A stretch of DNA of 63,044 nt, the filler included, from Lenisia limosa (lineage: Eukaryota; Protista; Breviatea), in NCBI GenBank assembly GCA_001655205.1. It is 10 parts of 10 records of this genome, joined end to end, with 100 filler letters (N's around TTAATTAATTAA, not from the genome) between each part and the next. Parts side by side here need not be neighbours in the genome. Positions count along the whole stretch, not along the records: positions 26,380 to 39,175 come from LPNZ01010168.1; positions 39,276 to 41,310 come from LPNZ01006484.1; positions 41,411 to 42,934 come from LPNZ01008310.1; positions 43,035 to 52,037 come from LPNZ01004696.1; 6 more parts are not named here. One strand, written 5' to 3'. The notes beneath the pieces are model-generated. The model had not been told where the DNA came from. It searched no databases and was given only the letters and a program-made list of their open reading frames with translations. Below, one piece after another: positions 34,061 to 46,800 of this stretch (position 1 is its first letter; each line of letters starts with the position of its first letter). The position numbers were made by a program, and so were the translations under genes.

Positions 34061-36085
34061 AAATGTGTCAAAAAAAAAGAGGCGCGCTTTATTTAGGGCC
34101 TGCNNNNNNNNNNNNNNNNNNNNNNNNNNNNNNNNNNNNNNNNNNNNNNNNNNNNNNNNNNNNNNNNNNNNNNNNNNNNNNNNNNNNNNNNCGCACTAGT
34201 CCACACCGGTCGTCGTCGCATGGGTAGTCATCTGTCATCAGGTCTTCCCCGAGCCGGGTCCTTAGTCCAAAGACTTGGACTGGACGGTTGGACCAGGGAA
34301 TCATTCCAACTGTCGTTCAGCCAGCTGCTCCGTGTGGTGACAATTGTGTGGTGCAGAGTGGTGGTCGCCAAGAGGTCTCCCTCCACACAGGTCTTCACGT
34401 GGTCTCCGTCCCCCGTCCACCGTCTGGCTCTGGCTCCTCGAGTAACAACATCATCCCAATATTCCTTATTTAGAACCTGTGAATTACACCGTTGATATAT
34501 ATTATTTGAGAATAGAACTTACAAAGAAAACAAAAATCAAAAACTTTGAGAACACACCTGAAAAGGTGATAATAAATAATATGAGACAAAAAAACAAAAC
34601 AGATTTACAGAAATGCAAAACTCAAATTGAAGTTCTAATGCTCAAAGTACATCATCTTCGCCTCAACACCAGTCATCTACATAATTAAAATGCGTTGGAA
34701 ATTCTGAGAAAATGATCAACGAGAATTAGACGTTCACTTTCAGTTCACAATTGAAACATTACTAACCTCATTGATGGTAGCCATAATTTGGTCGGCATGA
34801 GTTTTCTGGTGGACCTCAATCATGATCATTCCATTCCCTTCATTCATGGTGTTGTCGTGAATACCTGAAAATAATAAAATAATAGTTGGCAGTGATATGG
34901 TATATCTTTTGAGAGATCCCAAATCTGCCAACGCTCACCGACACGAGTTGTGATGTATTTACCAGCGTCCTAAAGTAGTTATGAAACACTTCAAGTGGTA
35001 ACACCTACAGTCAGAACATGCTGCACTTTTTGAGCGTTTTCCACTCTAAAATGGTTTATTAAAATTTGAACGAACACAAAGATGCACCACAAACCTGTTG
35101 GTGATGTGAATTCCAACAATGTAGTGAACTTCTGGATGAACGCCCATTTTTTCTGAATATTTCTGTCGTTAAAGAAAGCTTGAAGAAATCTTTCAAAAAG
35201 TAGAAGGTGGAATTTTTTAAAAAAATATGTCAAAAAGAAGCAACAAAGAGGAAACTCTAAAACATGCTTTTTAAGGAAAGTCTCGGAAGGCGGAATGTCC
35301 AGTTCAGTATAGCTTCATTTTCGATTGTCTTGTGAATGTGTTGGGATAAAGTCATATTTATATACAGATAATAATAATATATCATTAGTAGCAGTTGAAA
35401 ACCCATTTTTATGACAAAAGAAGAAAATTCAAAGATTTATCCGCTGTCGCACATCTCTTTGACACTCTACTCGTGTTTTACTGAAGCAACAAAGGCATAT
35501 CTGTTTTTTTTAGCCGGTGGTAATCCCGTGCTACCCTTGTGTCGCCCAATGTCTGAATCTTCTGAGCCATGTGTCGCCTTCTCCCAAGACGGCACCCCCA
35601 ATGATCGCACTGAGCCAAGTCCTTCAGCGCCAGAACCCAAACGGAAACGATTGATCTCTGAGGCCTCGGTTGAAGAGTCAGGACGATCATTTGAATACGT
35701 TAGTCTTTCGAGGAATGCTTGTCTATTCCTCAGTTCCTCCTTTTCTTCTTCACTTTTTAGCTTCCTGATGGCATCGAGGGTATCATGGATGGTGAGGAGG
35801 AGGGGGTGAACCAAAATGGACCATCATTGTACTCAGAACAGCCCTCTTTTCCCTCAATTATAAATTCTTCGTTGATTGCACCTAGAGTTTGGAGATGAAG
35901 AAAGCGAGGATGAAGACGTCTACGGACTCCACCGCCAGGCCCACATGTTCATGTTAGGTATGAGGAGGGTGCATTAAGTGTTGTTTGTTGGGTATGACGG
36001 GCAAATTAAATCCAGATTAAAGGTGTACACTTCTGAGTTTACTTTTGCGAATGGGAGTTACTTGACACCAGACTTCATAGAAATA

Positions 36086-36163
36086 CAGTGACCGGGATAA
36101 GTGTTGACCGATTTTTCTTGGGAAATCATGTAGCAAATCTGTCAAGACTTATCCATGTCACTG
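36086..36163. mobile_element. Family C MITE, 78 bp, TA-flanked with CAGTG termini (Tc1/mariner-like)
   Basis: TA|CAGTGACCGGGATAAGTGTTGACCGATTT...AAATCTGTCAAGACTTATCCATGTCACTG|TA. Confidence 0.92.
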
Positions 36164-36739
36164 TACATATATTTGGTTATTCGTATAATATTGTCTCTGT
36201 TTTTTTTTTTAGTAAATTTGAATTGATCCTAATTTAATATGCTTCAAGATACAAAGGAATAATAACTTTTTTTTTATTCTCTTCCTGTTCTCCTGTACAC
36301 ATGTTGATGCTGAGTTGAGAGACACCAGAGCCTCCTATATATTTAACTCCTTTAGCAAAGGAGCAGTACTCACAGAGACTCCGTGATGAGCCTAATACAG
36401 TTGGCAGGATTAGGGGAATACATAGGATCAGGAGCAATTCATGGTATAAGGGATTCAGTGATTTTATTTTCAAAGCAAATCTTCCATTCATGTCATCATG
36501 AGTACCAATAAAAAAACACCAGCATCAACCCCATCATTAGNNNNNNNNNNNNNNNNNNNNNNNNNNNNNNNNNNNNNNNNNNNNNNNNNNNNNNNNNNNN
36601 NNNNNNNNNNNNNNNNNNNNNNNNNNNNNNNNNNNNNNNNNNNNCTTTATTGTTCTTATGGGATCTCTCACCTCTTTATGGTTCCATAGGGATCTCTCAC
36701 CTTTTTATCGTTTTTATTGCACCATCCCCAATGATCCCC

Positions 36740-39175
36740 CGCAGCCAAGATGGCTCTGTCGCCTCGGAGTGCTTCTCATCCGCAGAGCCCAGGAAATTGA
36801 GGCCTTCTCCCGCACAGGATCTCCGTGGGCATAGGGCATCCTTGGTCAACCTTAAGCAAATTCATATTCCTCCTCCCAAAAAGGATAATTAAGAGAATTG
36901 AAAGTCACAGTTCAGGACGCCTTCAACCGTAACTGTTCCGGTTGCGGCCCCACCCCCAGGACAAACGTATAACATGGCGGTCCCCCAGCAACTTCTTCCT
37001 TATGCGTCTTCAAGTAGGAGATCTTGTGCAGTAGTGGTATTTGATGTTTCTTAGTCTCAACTAAAGAAAACTAAAAAAAACTGCTCTTCCGAACATTCAA
37101 CCGGTATTGTGCATCATCTCTCTCGTTCATAGACAAATATATATATACTTTTCCGCAAAGAAGTTCTGACCTTGCTCTGACCCCATAGACTACAGCACCG
37201 TAGGGAGTCTTGACGTTGAGGCCTCGTCCAATCGAACACCGTCTGTTGCCCCAAGTGAAATCTCGGTGTATGTTGGAGTTTGTCCTTGGGGCATAAATTA
37301 TCGCTAATTGTGAAGGAATATTTATTTATTATTCCGTGAGATGATCAGTATCGAGTGTTTTTGGTGATACCCTCTCATATGACTAGACAAGCCCCTGCTG
37401 AGCAGCGAATCACAGATCCGCTATCAGACCCTTTATGTCTCTTCTCATTGGGACACTCGTATCTCACAAAGTGCCTCGCTGTTATCAATGGTGGGGGAAA
37501 CTATCGATAACATACAGTATAGTATGTTTCAATTCCAGTCTTGTCGTGAAGTTGAAACACAACAAAACTCTTTGTGTTGGAAGATACAGCATGCCCCCCC
37601 TCCTTACTCTATAGAACCTGACCATCGTGTTGAAGATAGAATTTTGTTGCCAGAAGTAGAGAAGTGGGTGGGATCAAGTTAATGTCAATTTTTTGTTTCC
37701 TTGTTTTTTCAAGTTTCTCATGCTTCTTCTGTTTCCAAAAAAGACTAAACATTAAGGTCGTGTCCTTTTACTGTTTAGGTACATTCAACTTGCCGCCCCC
37801 AGATTAGACGATATGCATTAGGTGTGCATATTAGTAGTATTTATTTGTCCATTTACCCCCTTTTTGTTTCTCCTTTTCGAAAATAATATTATACAACCTA
37901 TATAATAAACTGTTCCTCTCCAAACAAACTGACAGCATATAACACTACAATACCTAATTACCTAATACAACGCCAATCGCATCGTGAGAGCCAAAATGGC
38001 CGACAAAAATAGACCTGGCAAATTTAGGACAATGAAAAGGCTCAGTATTAATGTGCAACAGACTTTAAATAAACCATTAGGGCTTCACTATGGTCACAAA
38101 AGACAGGTCAAATATCGAAATTATTTTCGAGGATTTATCCATAATTCAGTCTTTTTTTGAACCGAAGTGAAGCCCATAATCATACATGGATCAACAAACC
38201 TTCCAAAGCGTGAAGCATTTGTCGGTCAACTGAAAAACCCAATATACGACTGGCATCTCTCTGTGGGTGTGAGCATATCGGGTGTAGTAGCGAAAATAGA
38301 GGCTTCATATCCGATATGGATATGATCACATTCACAGTTTGGTTGGACTTTGGATTTTTGAGTGAAACAATTGGAAAAAGAAACAAGAAAACCCCCCGTT
38401 TAGGTGTCATTCAGGAAGACCACTGTCCTCAAACCTTATGGTCAAGAAGCCCTGCCACGTCCGACATAAGGCGTGCGCTGTAATCGAGGCGCGAGCGCAA
38501 CTGCTGAAGTTCCGCTCTCTGCCAAAGGACATCTTCAGAGTAAGGTACAATAGATCATATTTATAGATTGACCAAGAAAGTCTTGACCGATTTTCCTTGG
38601 GGAATCACATAGCAAATCAGTCAAGACTTATACCGGTTCCCAGTCACTAAATTTATTTATCATATACAACAGTGAGGAATAAACAAATCATAGACATGAA
38701 ATCCAATTAGCTGTCAACTTACTCTCCAGTGGGAATACCCCCCCCCCAAAAAAAAAAAAAAAAAAAAANNNNNNNNNNNNNNNNNNNNNNNNNNNNNNNN
38801 NNNNNNNNNNNNNNNNNNNNNNNNNNNNNNNNNNNNNNNNNNNNNNNNNNNNNNNNNNNNNNNNNNNNNNNNNAGCCAGCCGCAGTTTACTCTACCTTTA
38901 TCATCCTTGACCTCTTGACGACGCACTAATATCGTTAGAGGATGCGAAGAACTAATTTGCCCAAAAAGAGGATAGAAGAACTAATGTGTTTAAAAATTTG
39001 TCCGTAATATTTGATTTCAGGAAGCATATGATATCATGTATTGTAAGAGTGCTAATCATTCAGTCACGCATTGCTGGTATGAGCATGTCTTCAAAAGACG
39101 TACGTGCGGGGCGTGCGGTATGGACAGGGCTGAACCCCCTGTTGAAGAGCGACGAATGTGCTGTTCTCTCCGCTG
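36740..39175 (+). CDS. Uncharacterised multi-exon protein, partial
   Basis: Several AG/GT-bounded GC-richer blocks (DYSTVGSLDVEASSNRTPSVAPSEIS; GRPLSSNLMVKKPCHVRHKACAVIEARAQLLKF). Confidence 0.4.
38080..38175. mobile_element. Family A hairpin MITE, intronic
   Basis: TA|GGGCTTCACTATGG...TTTTTTTGAACCGAAGTGAAGCCC. Confidence 0.88.
38566..38647. mobile_element. Family C MITE, degenerate, intronic
   Basis: AAGTCTTGACCGATTTTCCTTGGGGAATCACATAGCAAATCAGTCAAGACTT. Confidence 0.8.
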
Positions 39176-39300
39176 NNNNNNNNNNNNNNNNNNNNNNNNN
39201 NNNNNNNNNNNNNNNNNNNTTAATTAATTAANNNNNNNNNNNNNNNNNNNNNNNNNNNNNNNNNNNNNNNNNNNNCCCCCCCCCCTTCCCCACAGTATAC

Positions 39301-40801
39301 TGTTCCTCGAGTGTCATTTGGTGGAGGTCCATCTTATCACTTAACTCAAGCCAGGCGCATGACCAAGCCTCACCTGCGGGTATTATACGACGTAAAATAG
39401 GAAAATTTATGAAACAAAAACAAAGCCAAAAATAGACTGGTTGTTGAGTTGGTAGTGGATTGTTATATTGGGGGACTCTCCGAACAGCATACCAACGTAG
39501 GTTCTGCGTGTTTTGTCGTAGTATGTGCCGTAAGAGGACTGGAAGGGGGTCGCTGCGGACACAGCGAAAATGTTCATGTCTGAGGGAAGGTCCAGGAACA
39601 TTGACCCGCTAGATTATGAGTAAAAGGAGCATAAAAATAAAGATTCAGAAAAAAAAGATTTAGATAATAATTTAGTATAGAATAGTAACAATGTTCATAT
39701 CAGATGGGAGGTACAGGAACACTGAGCCGCTAGATTATGAGAACAATAAATGTAAGAGAGAGCTGTAAAGCCGCACACTCGAGATAAACCATGTAAAATA
39801 TGGTTTATCAAATATTTGGGCGTTAGATATGAATAAGGCGGATGCTGTTACGTGAATACCCTGAAGGGCCCAATCATGATTTCGTGTTCAAAAAACAATG
39901 ACCATAGTTTTCCACTTTGTTTCTTTTTTTTAAAAAAAATCAACCATTGCAATATCGGTTCATAAAAAGGCAACTTCAGGTTTCAATTTTAACCCCCCCC
40001 CCCCNNNNNNNNNNNNNNNNNNNNNNNNNNNNNNNNNNNNNNNNNNNNNNNNNNNNNNNNNNNNNNNNNNNNNNNNNNNNNNNNNNNAAAACGTAAAAAT
40101 TAGTGCGAATTTTTCAGATGATTAAATGCATCTCATCAAAAAAAAAAAAATGGAACCCAAATGTGAAGAGCCAAGACTTTGGTTAGTGTTAGGTGTTTGG
40201 ATTTCTGTACAGGTAAAAAAAAACACTCAATTCGTCCTTAACTTCTCGATAAATCGATATTTTACCGTAGTGAAGCCAAATGACACAGCATAAGCCTGCA
40301 AACAAACACAAACTCAATCTACATGCAGCCAAGTAGCTCTTACCTCCTTCTCTTGCATGTGTTTGAACGTTTTGATGAGATCAGTGCCAGAAAGACGGTC
40401 AGTGCAGGAAAGGAAAACAGCGTCAGTTGCAAAACACACCGCATTGAATCCTCCGTGATCGACTATAGAGTTAGCGGTTGGGCAGGGCGTTAGTCATAGT
40501 ATGTATTATTATCTAACAATAATATCGTTCGATATGTAGAGATAAGAAATAAAACAATGTATTTTAAAAAATATTATCAAATTATGTATGAAAAACAGAT
40601 AATTACATGTATTATATAAGTAGTATTTTATATATTATTTATGTAAAAATATACTGAAAACACACTGACTAACGTACATACATGTATTTTATGACAATGC
40701 CTCATTCACCCCCTAAGCACCCCTCTCACCATAGTAAACAAAGACTTGGTCATTAGGACCAGACTCAAGGACTGGACGACCTCCAGTATGACTGCCCTCA
40801 C
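39301..40801 (-). CDS. Legumain / asparaginyl endopeptidase (peptidase C13), internal part
   Basis: GGRPVLESGPNDQVFVYY|VDHGG (catalytic His), LIKTFKHMQEKE, GSMFLDLPSDMNIFAVSAATPFQSSYGTYYDKTRRTYVG|EAWSCAWLELSD; the EAC catalytic-Cys exon would lie in gap 40005-40087. Confidence 0.92.
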
Positions 40802-41110
40802 CTGCGGGGGAGGTAAAATTGGAAAATTAATGAAACAAAAAGCCCAAACAAAGGGGGGTAAACAAAGGAAATATAGGAGTAAAAATGAAAAAATTTATGA
40901 TAATTGTGGGGGTGGGGGGAGAGTCAAATTGATTCCTGAAATAAAAAAGCCCAAATCAACAGTTGATACCAACAAAACAAACAAAGCCCAGGCCATTCGC
41001 TTTTGCAGCACCGCATCCCATCACCCCAGCGTAAACAAAGGAAATTTCAACGAAGAACATAGGCTGAAAGGTGTGTGGGGGTAAAACGAAGGAAATTTCT
41101 ATGAAAAGTG
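40802..41110 (-). repeat. Family B composite copy ending exactly at a legumain 3' splice site
   Basis: Minus strand: GAAATTTCCTTCGTTTTACCCC...GATGGGATGCGGTGCTGCAAAAGCGAATGG...TTCATTAATTTTCCAATTTTACCTCCCCCGCAG|exon. Confidence 0.85.
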
Positions 41111-41164
41111 TTGATGTGAGAAGGTAATAATATCGGGGGAAATGATAATGCAAACAAAAAAACC

Positions 41165-41310
41165 CAGAGAAAGCGAGAGAGCGAGAGAGAGGGAGAGAGA
41201 GAGCGAGAGAGCGAGAGAGAGAGAGAAAGAAAGAGCGAGAGAGAGTGAGAGAGCGAGAGAGAGTGAGAGAGCCAGAGCGAGAGAGCGAGAGAGAAGAGAG
41301 CGAGAGAGAG
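41165..41310. repeat. Imperfect (GA)n/GAGAGC microsatellite at scaffold end
   Basis: Direct reading. Confidence 0.95.
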
Positions 41311-42201
41311 NNNNNNNNNNNNNNNNNNNNNNNNNNNNNNNNNNNNNNNNNNNNTTAATTAATTAANNNNNNNNNNNNNNNNNNNNNNNNNNNNNNNNNN
41401 NNNNNNNNNNAGTCAGTTCTTGGTAGCATTTCCTAGCAAACCGGTCCCAGTGTAATTGAGACTGGCTGTTTGTGCTCAGGCTCTAAATTAATTAATAACT
41501 ACACACATGCATGAAATTTGGATCTCAATGTGATTGACATGGCTGGACGGGTAACAAATGGGATTAGGTTCCCCAAGTTGATAAATAGAGAAGCTCTTTA
41601 TAAACAATGATGCCACCGGCCCTCCACAGTTGATGAGTGATATTAAACAAAACTTATTAACAACCTAACAACAGACTCATAGCAAACTCATAAGTATTTG
41701 ATACATTATACAGTTATACATACATATTTTAATTTATGAGTTCGGTGAAGATGAACTCACCCGGATTCCCAGATCACCTCTGGATCTTTCCGCGATCTTT
41801 CGGTTACAGAAGACCCGCGCGTGACGGGAACACCAGGAGGCGTGAAACAAGTTGACGTCATGACGTCATGAATCACTGCTGGACAATGCCAGTCCCCTCT
41901 TTTAACTTCTGTACTCATGTCTTAAATATTGCAACTACTTTAAGAAATAGTTTAACCAAGTTGAAAGAGTATTTTGAATACACAAATGACAGAATAACTA
42001 CACGATTGGGATCCCATCAAAAAGTCCAAAAGCTTCTAGAACATTCGAAAAAAAAATCGTTCTTTCTGCTTGAAGTACCATTGTGATAATCCTGGAGTGA
42101 CCAATCCCGAATCCTCGACGGCCCGCGTCTCTGCAAATACCCGCCGTCTGCCGTCCTTTCTCTCTCAGTTTCTTTTTTTTATTCTCCTTTTTATTTCTTA
42201 T

Positions 42202-42234
<33 letters not shown>

Positions 42235-43034
42235 NNNNNNNNNNNNNNNNNNNNNNNNNNNNNNNNNNNNNNNNNNNNNNNNNNNNNNNNNNNNNNNNNN
42301 NNNNNNNNNNNNNNNNNNNNNNNNNAAACAAAAAAAAAATACCAGACTCTTTCAAGGCCTGTTTTGTCTTTTGTCAATGAGTGCCACATCTGAAAAATAT
42401 GGATTGATATTTTGACTTCCACAGCCCTTCAAAAATCCAAAAGAAGAAACCCATTAATTAAATATGTAAACAAAGCTAATTAAAAACTCCAGTGGCAACA
42501 AGATCTTCCTAATATGGTAAGTAAACAAAACACAAAAGTGCCTGAATTGGAAACATTTCGTGTTAATCCATAAGACCATTCAATACAATACAGCCCCCCC
42601 TCAATGGTACAAATGGGTGGAGAGGGAGAGGGTCTTCTGATGCTCATGTGGAATGGCAAAATCACCCCCCTCACAATGCCACATTCATTTGTGCCTTTCC
42701 TAATGCGGAAGGTACCGTTTTCGCCCCAGTGCGAGTTCCAACTACACTGTCAACATTGGATCCAGAATGCTGTTATATGTAAAGCGAAAATACAATCATT
42801 CCCATCAAAGTCTTTATTGAAACTAAAATCATGGCGATTTGATATTATATGTGAGAAAAGCAAGTTGTATTTGAACAATTTAGACAGAGGATCATTACCT
42901 GTTAGCAACAATCCATGCATCTTCTGTCCACCCANNNNNNNNNNNNNNNNNNNNNNNNNNNNNNNNNNNNNNNNNNNNTTAATTAATTAANNNNNNNNNN
43001 NNNNNNNNNNNNNNNNNNNNNNNNNNNNNNNNNN

Positions 43035-43114
43035 TTTTGGCACCCCCACCTCCCGAGCTAACCCTGCTTGTTTTGGCACCCCCACCTCCCGAGCTAACCC
43101 TGCTTGTTTTGGCA
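43035..43114. repeat. 36-bp tandem repeat x2.2 at scaffold start
   Basis: TTTTGGCACCCCCACCTCCCGAGCTAACCCTGCTTG repeated exactly. Confidence 0.9.
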
Positions 43115-43869
43115 ACCAGTTCTTGCAGTGCTTTGAATTGAGCCTAAGTAGTAAACGAATCCAGGAACTGCGTATATAGTATTAGGATATGCTAAATGTT
43201 ATGCATGGAGTTCTAAGAACGCCCAAAAACGGACCGGACCCCCCCCCCTCCCAAGTCACAAACTGTCTGTGCGGCTTATGATACCCCTTCAGGAANNNNN
43301 NNNNNNNNNNNNNNNNNNNNNNNNNNNNNNNNNNNNNNNNNNNNNNNNNNNNNNNNNNNNNNNNNNNNNNNNNNNNNNNNNNNNNNNNNNNNNNNNNNNN
43401 NNNNNNNNNNNNNNNNNNNNNNNNNNNNNNNNNNNNNNNNNNNNNNNNNNNNNNNNNNNNNNNNNNNNNNNNNNNNNNNNNNNNNNNNNNNNNNNNNNNN
43501 NNNNNNNNNNNNNNNNNNNNNNNNNNNNNNNNNNNNNNNNNNNNNNNNNNNNNGCTTACTAAACGCCACTTAATATGTTGCTTACCTTAAGCGGAGTAGA
43601 AAGGCAAAAGGGAATTAAACATGTCAGCCTACTTAGTCAGTTCGTCAGTTCTGAAATAGTTCGGAGGAATGTACCGTCACACCACATTTCCAATAAAAAC
43701 AACGGTTAAACACTGCTTGGCTTTCAAAATGGAAAGGTGATATCATATAAAACAACATGACTTGCCACCCAGCCAACCAGAGAACAGAAAACAAATATGA
43801 TTGCTCAAACTTCATAATTATATTGATAATAGTGTTTGGTTGAGTATTCTTCTCCCTGCTTCTCAGCAG

Positions 43870-46800
43870 GTGCTGTTTTTCTCCTGTGCCTGTCCTTCTT
43901 TCTAAATGGACGAAGCAGACGAAGAGAGGGGATGGGTTGGCGGCCATATGAACCCGCCTGCGTCTTACTACCGTCAAGACGATGGTCGCTGGCCGGCCCG
44001 AGGAGCCTCTCAAGGGGTGGCGGGAAGAGGGAGGGAACTCAACCTAATTTTCCCAATTTACATCCCTAGGTTTTAATACTATTTAAATCCCTCGCCCTCC
44101 TCTTGTCCCTCTCGCTGCTCGCTGCCCCTCCTTCATTGCTTAATATTGTATATGTTATTATATTAATTGATAAAAAAAGGTTTTTTTTTAAGTTTTTTGA
44201 AAAAGGAGGAGTAAAGAGTCGACACGATCTAAGATGTTGCATTATCGTACCTTTTTGTTTGCAGCAATAGTGTTCTCCTATTCAGCTGTTTCCTGGGGAT
44301 TTTCCCTCTCAAGTGAGCATAGCCTTGGGTCATTGGCATGGCGTTGGGTTTCGGATGTTCACTCACAAATCACCCCTTCCTTCATCTTCTAATCAACCCG
44401 GTTGTGCGTTTTATTCGTATTTTAATATGCAGAAATAATTGGGTGAACAGGTAATATTGTCTCATTCATCTGGACAAATGCATTTGATCATTTTCCTAAT
44501 CACCTCAACTCATACTACCAGGTGACCCAATCAACGGGGTGTACGTTGATACTCTCACTGTAAGCAGGTCATTTGTTCTGGTATTATCAAAAGGGTATTT
44601 CTCATCCTTGATAAATCGCAGTATTCTTAAGCCATAGTCATAGTAATTGTTGTATTCATTTTCCTACCAATCACTGTGTCTGCCTCATTGAAGATTACTC
44701 CTAAGTGTGTTTCTCTTTGGTACGAAAAAGGCTTGATAGAGACATTTATCTTAAATCTAAGATTCATTTTTGCGTGACTGTAGGGAAACGTTGCTGATAA
44801 CTTTATGCGTGGAACTAACACCGCTTTTCCGTTCAATCCTGTTAATTGAGCAGGGTAGCTCAGCCACCTTTGAGACCATCACAACGAGCAATCTGATTGG
44901 AGTCAAGGAAGATATCAAGGTTTGCTGACCATTTGCTATCTTGAGGGATACAGTTTGATTAGTTAATATCCAGAGTGTTTCGCACCTTTAACATTTTAGG
45001 AAATTTCTCTGAGTTTTTCCCTCCAACAATGTATTGACTATCATCAATCGGCCCAGGGATTTGCTTTGGATCGCGTGTGTCTCATCCCAGCTGGAACCTG
45101 GGAGTTGGAGGAAACTGTTTTTTTGTAGTTGGAAATATGAACACATCAAACCGATGTCATATCAGGGATATCCCCACACTATACACAGTTTTAATAGACG
45201 GAGATAAGCATGCAGCTTTTTAATTACATCTTACTTATTATGCATATCATACATATTGGGTTTTCACTTCAAAAAAGATTGAGAATTTAGGGGGAAATCC
45301 AGCCTCTTTGGGGACTAAGCACAGCCAGCCTAATCAGAGTGGTGTAACGTGGTGCTTTTTAACTGTTTTAGTTTAGCAGGAGGTAGTCTGTCCTTCCACA
45401 ACATGAACTACAGATTGATCTTCAGAGGGGCAGAAACTGGGGGCATTATCAGGTGGGTGGTAGCTGGTTTGTGCGAGGTTAATGTTCTAGGCTGACTGGC
45501 TACTCATCTTCTGGTGAGTACGTTATTTTTTTCTCAAAAGCGACACATGGGTATTAATAAGCTTGTTTAATGACCGAAAATATGGACAGAGTTGAAATTA
45601 TTTAGCTTTTAAATTATGAGTATCTACAGAACCAGGAATGGAACTTGATGAAGCAAATATCCGTTTTGAGAACCTGAGCTTTGTCATGGAGTCTTCGTTC
45701 ACTATGGTCTTCATGGTAAATGACAGCAAACTTGGCTACTCAGTGAGTGGTGGATATTCTGTTATTTTCTTATGTACAATGTGACAACTTAAACTTCAAC
45801 ACTATTGGGTTGATAAATGATCACTTCTGAAGAAATACCATTGATCGATGGTTAGACCTAACAATCAGACTAATTCAGTCACTGTATTTCTGTTGACCAT
45901 GAAGGACTGTGTTGTCACTGTCAATTCTGTTAGCTATTCACTGGTGGCCAGAAAGTCACAAGTCTACTTCTACAATACTGAGGTGAGGGTTACTTTTAGA
46001 CATTTTATGATCATCATATCATATATACTATGTTATGCTGAAATGATAAAGAAAACAGGGGATCGTCTTCTGGCGAAGCCGTCTGCAGCATCATGCTTCT
46101 AAGGGATATTGCAAGTATAATATAACCACCCAATTGTGCAACCCATTTAATATCTCACCATTTAGTACAACTTCATGAAATACGGAATTTCGATTGAAGA
46201 AACGTCAGATATGTCATTTGTTGTATGTCTGGGTACTATGCTTTTCTATTTGCTGCTCTTTTTTTCGCCAACATAAGTCGGTTAATTCTGGGGTAATTTT
46301 CATACTATTTAGAACTCACAAAGCGTTGGTCCGGGTTACAACTTCCGCAGCGCATCACAAGGCAGAATTGCGGCTACCGGATCAGTGGTCAACGCTACAT
46401 CCATGCACTCAATGTTGGCTGTGGATTAACTGATCGGATTTCTCACATGATTCATCTATAGTTTGTAAGGATTGCATCAAAAAACTATCATTCACGAGAA
46501 TCATCTGGCACCCAAAACAGGAAATAATACTTAATCAATGGGACTGTTTATACACTTATTAAAAAAAAGACCATTCCAAAAAGGGCTCTCTTTTTTTGTT
46601 GTTTTAACTTGCATTAGTTACATTTTTGCTGGAAGTGTTGTCATGAAGAAGTCCACTGTCAGCCATTTTGATAACACGCGCAAGCTGCTTGCATACATGG
46701 TGAGTGGTTTTGCCCGGCAACACGCCATGAGAAGGAATTTTGATTCGTATGAATTTAGAGTTCCATAGCGAATGTATCGTTTTTCTTCTGAGAGGACAAA

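Noticed and set aside
24352-41366. ORFs 24352-24639, 40746-41084, 41142-41366 and ORFs running through N-gaps
   Set aside because: Products of a pyrimidine tract, the antisense of family B, a GA microsatellite or stop-free Ns
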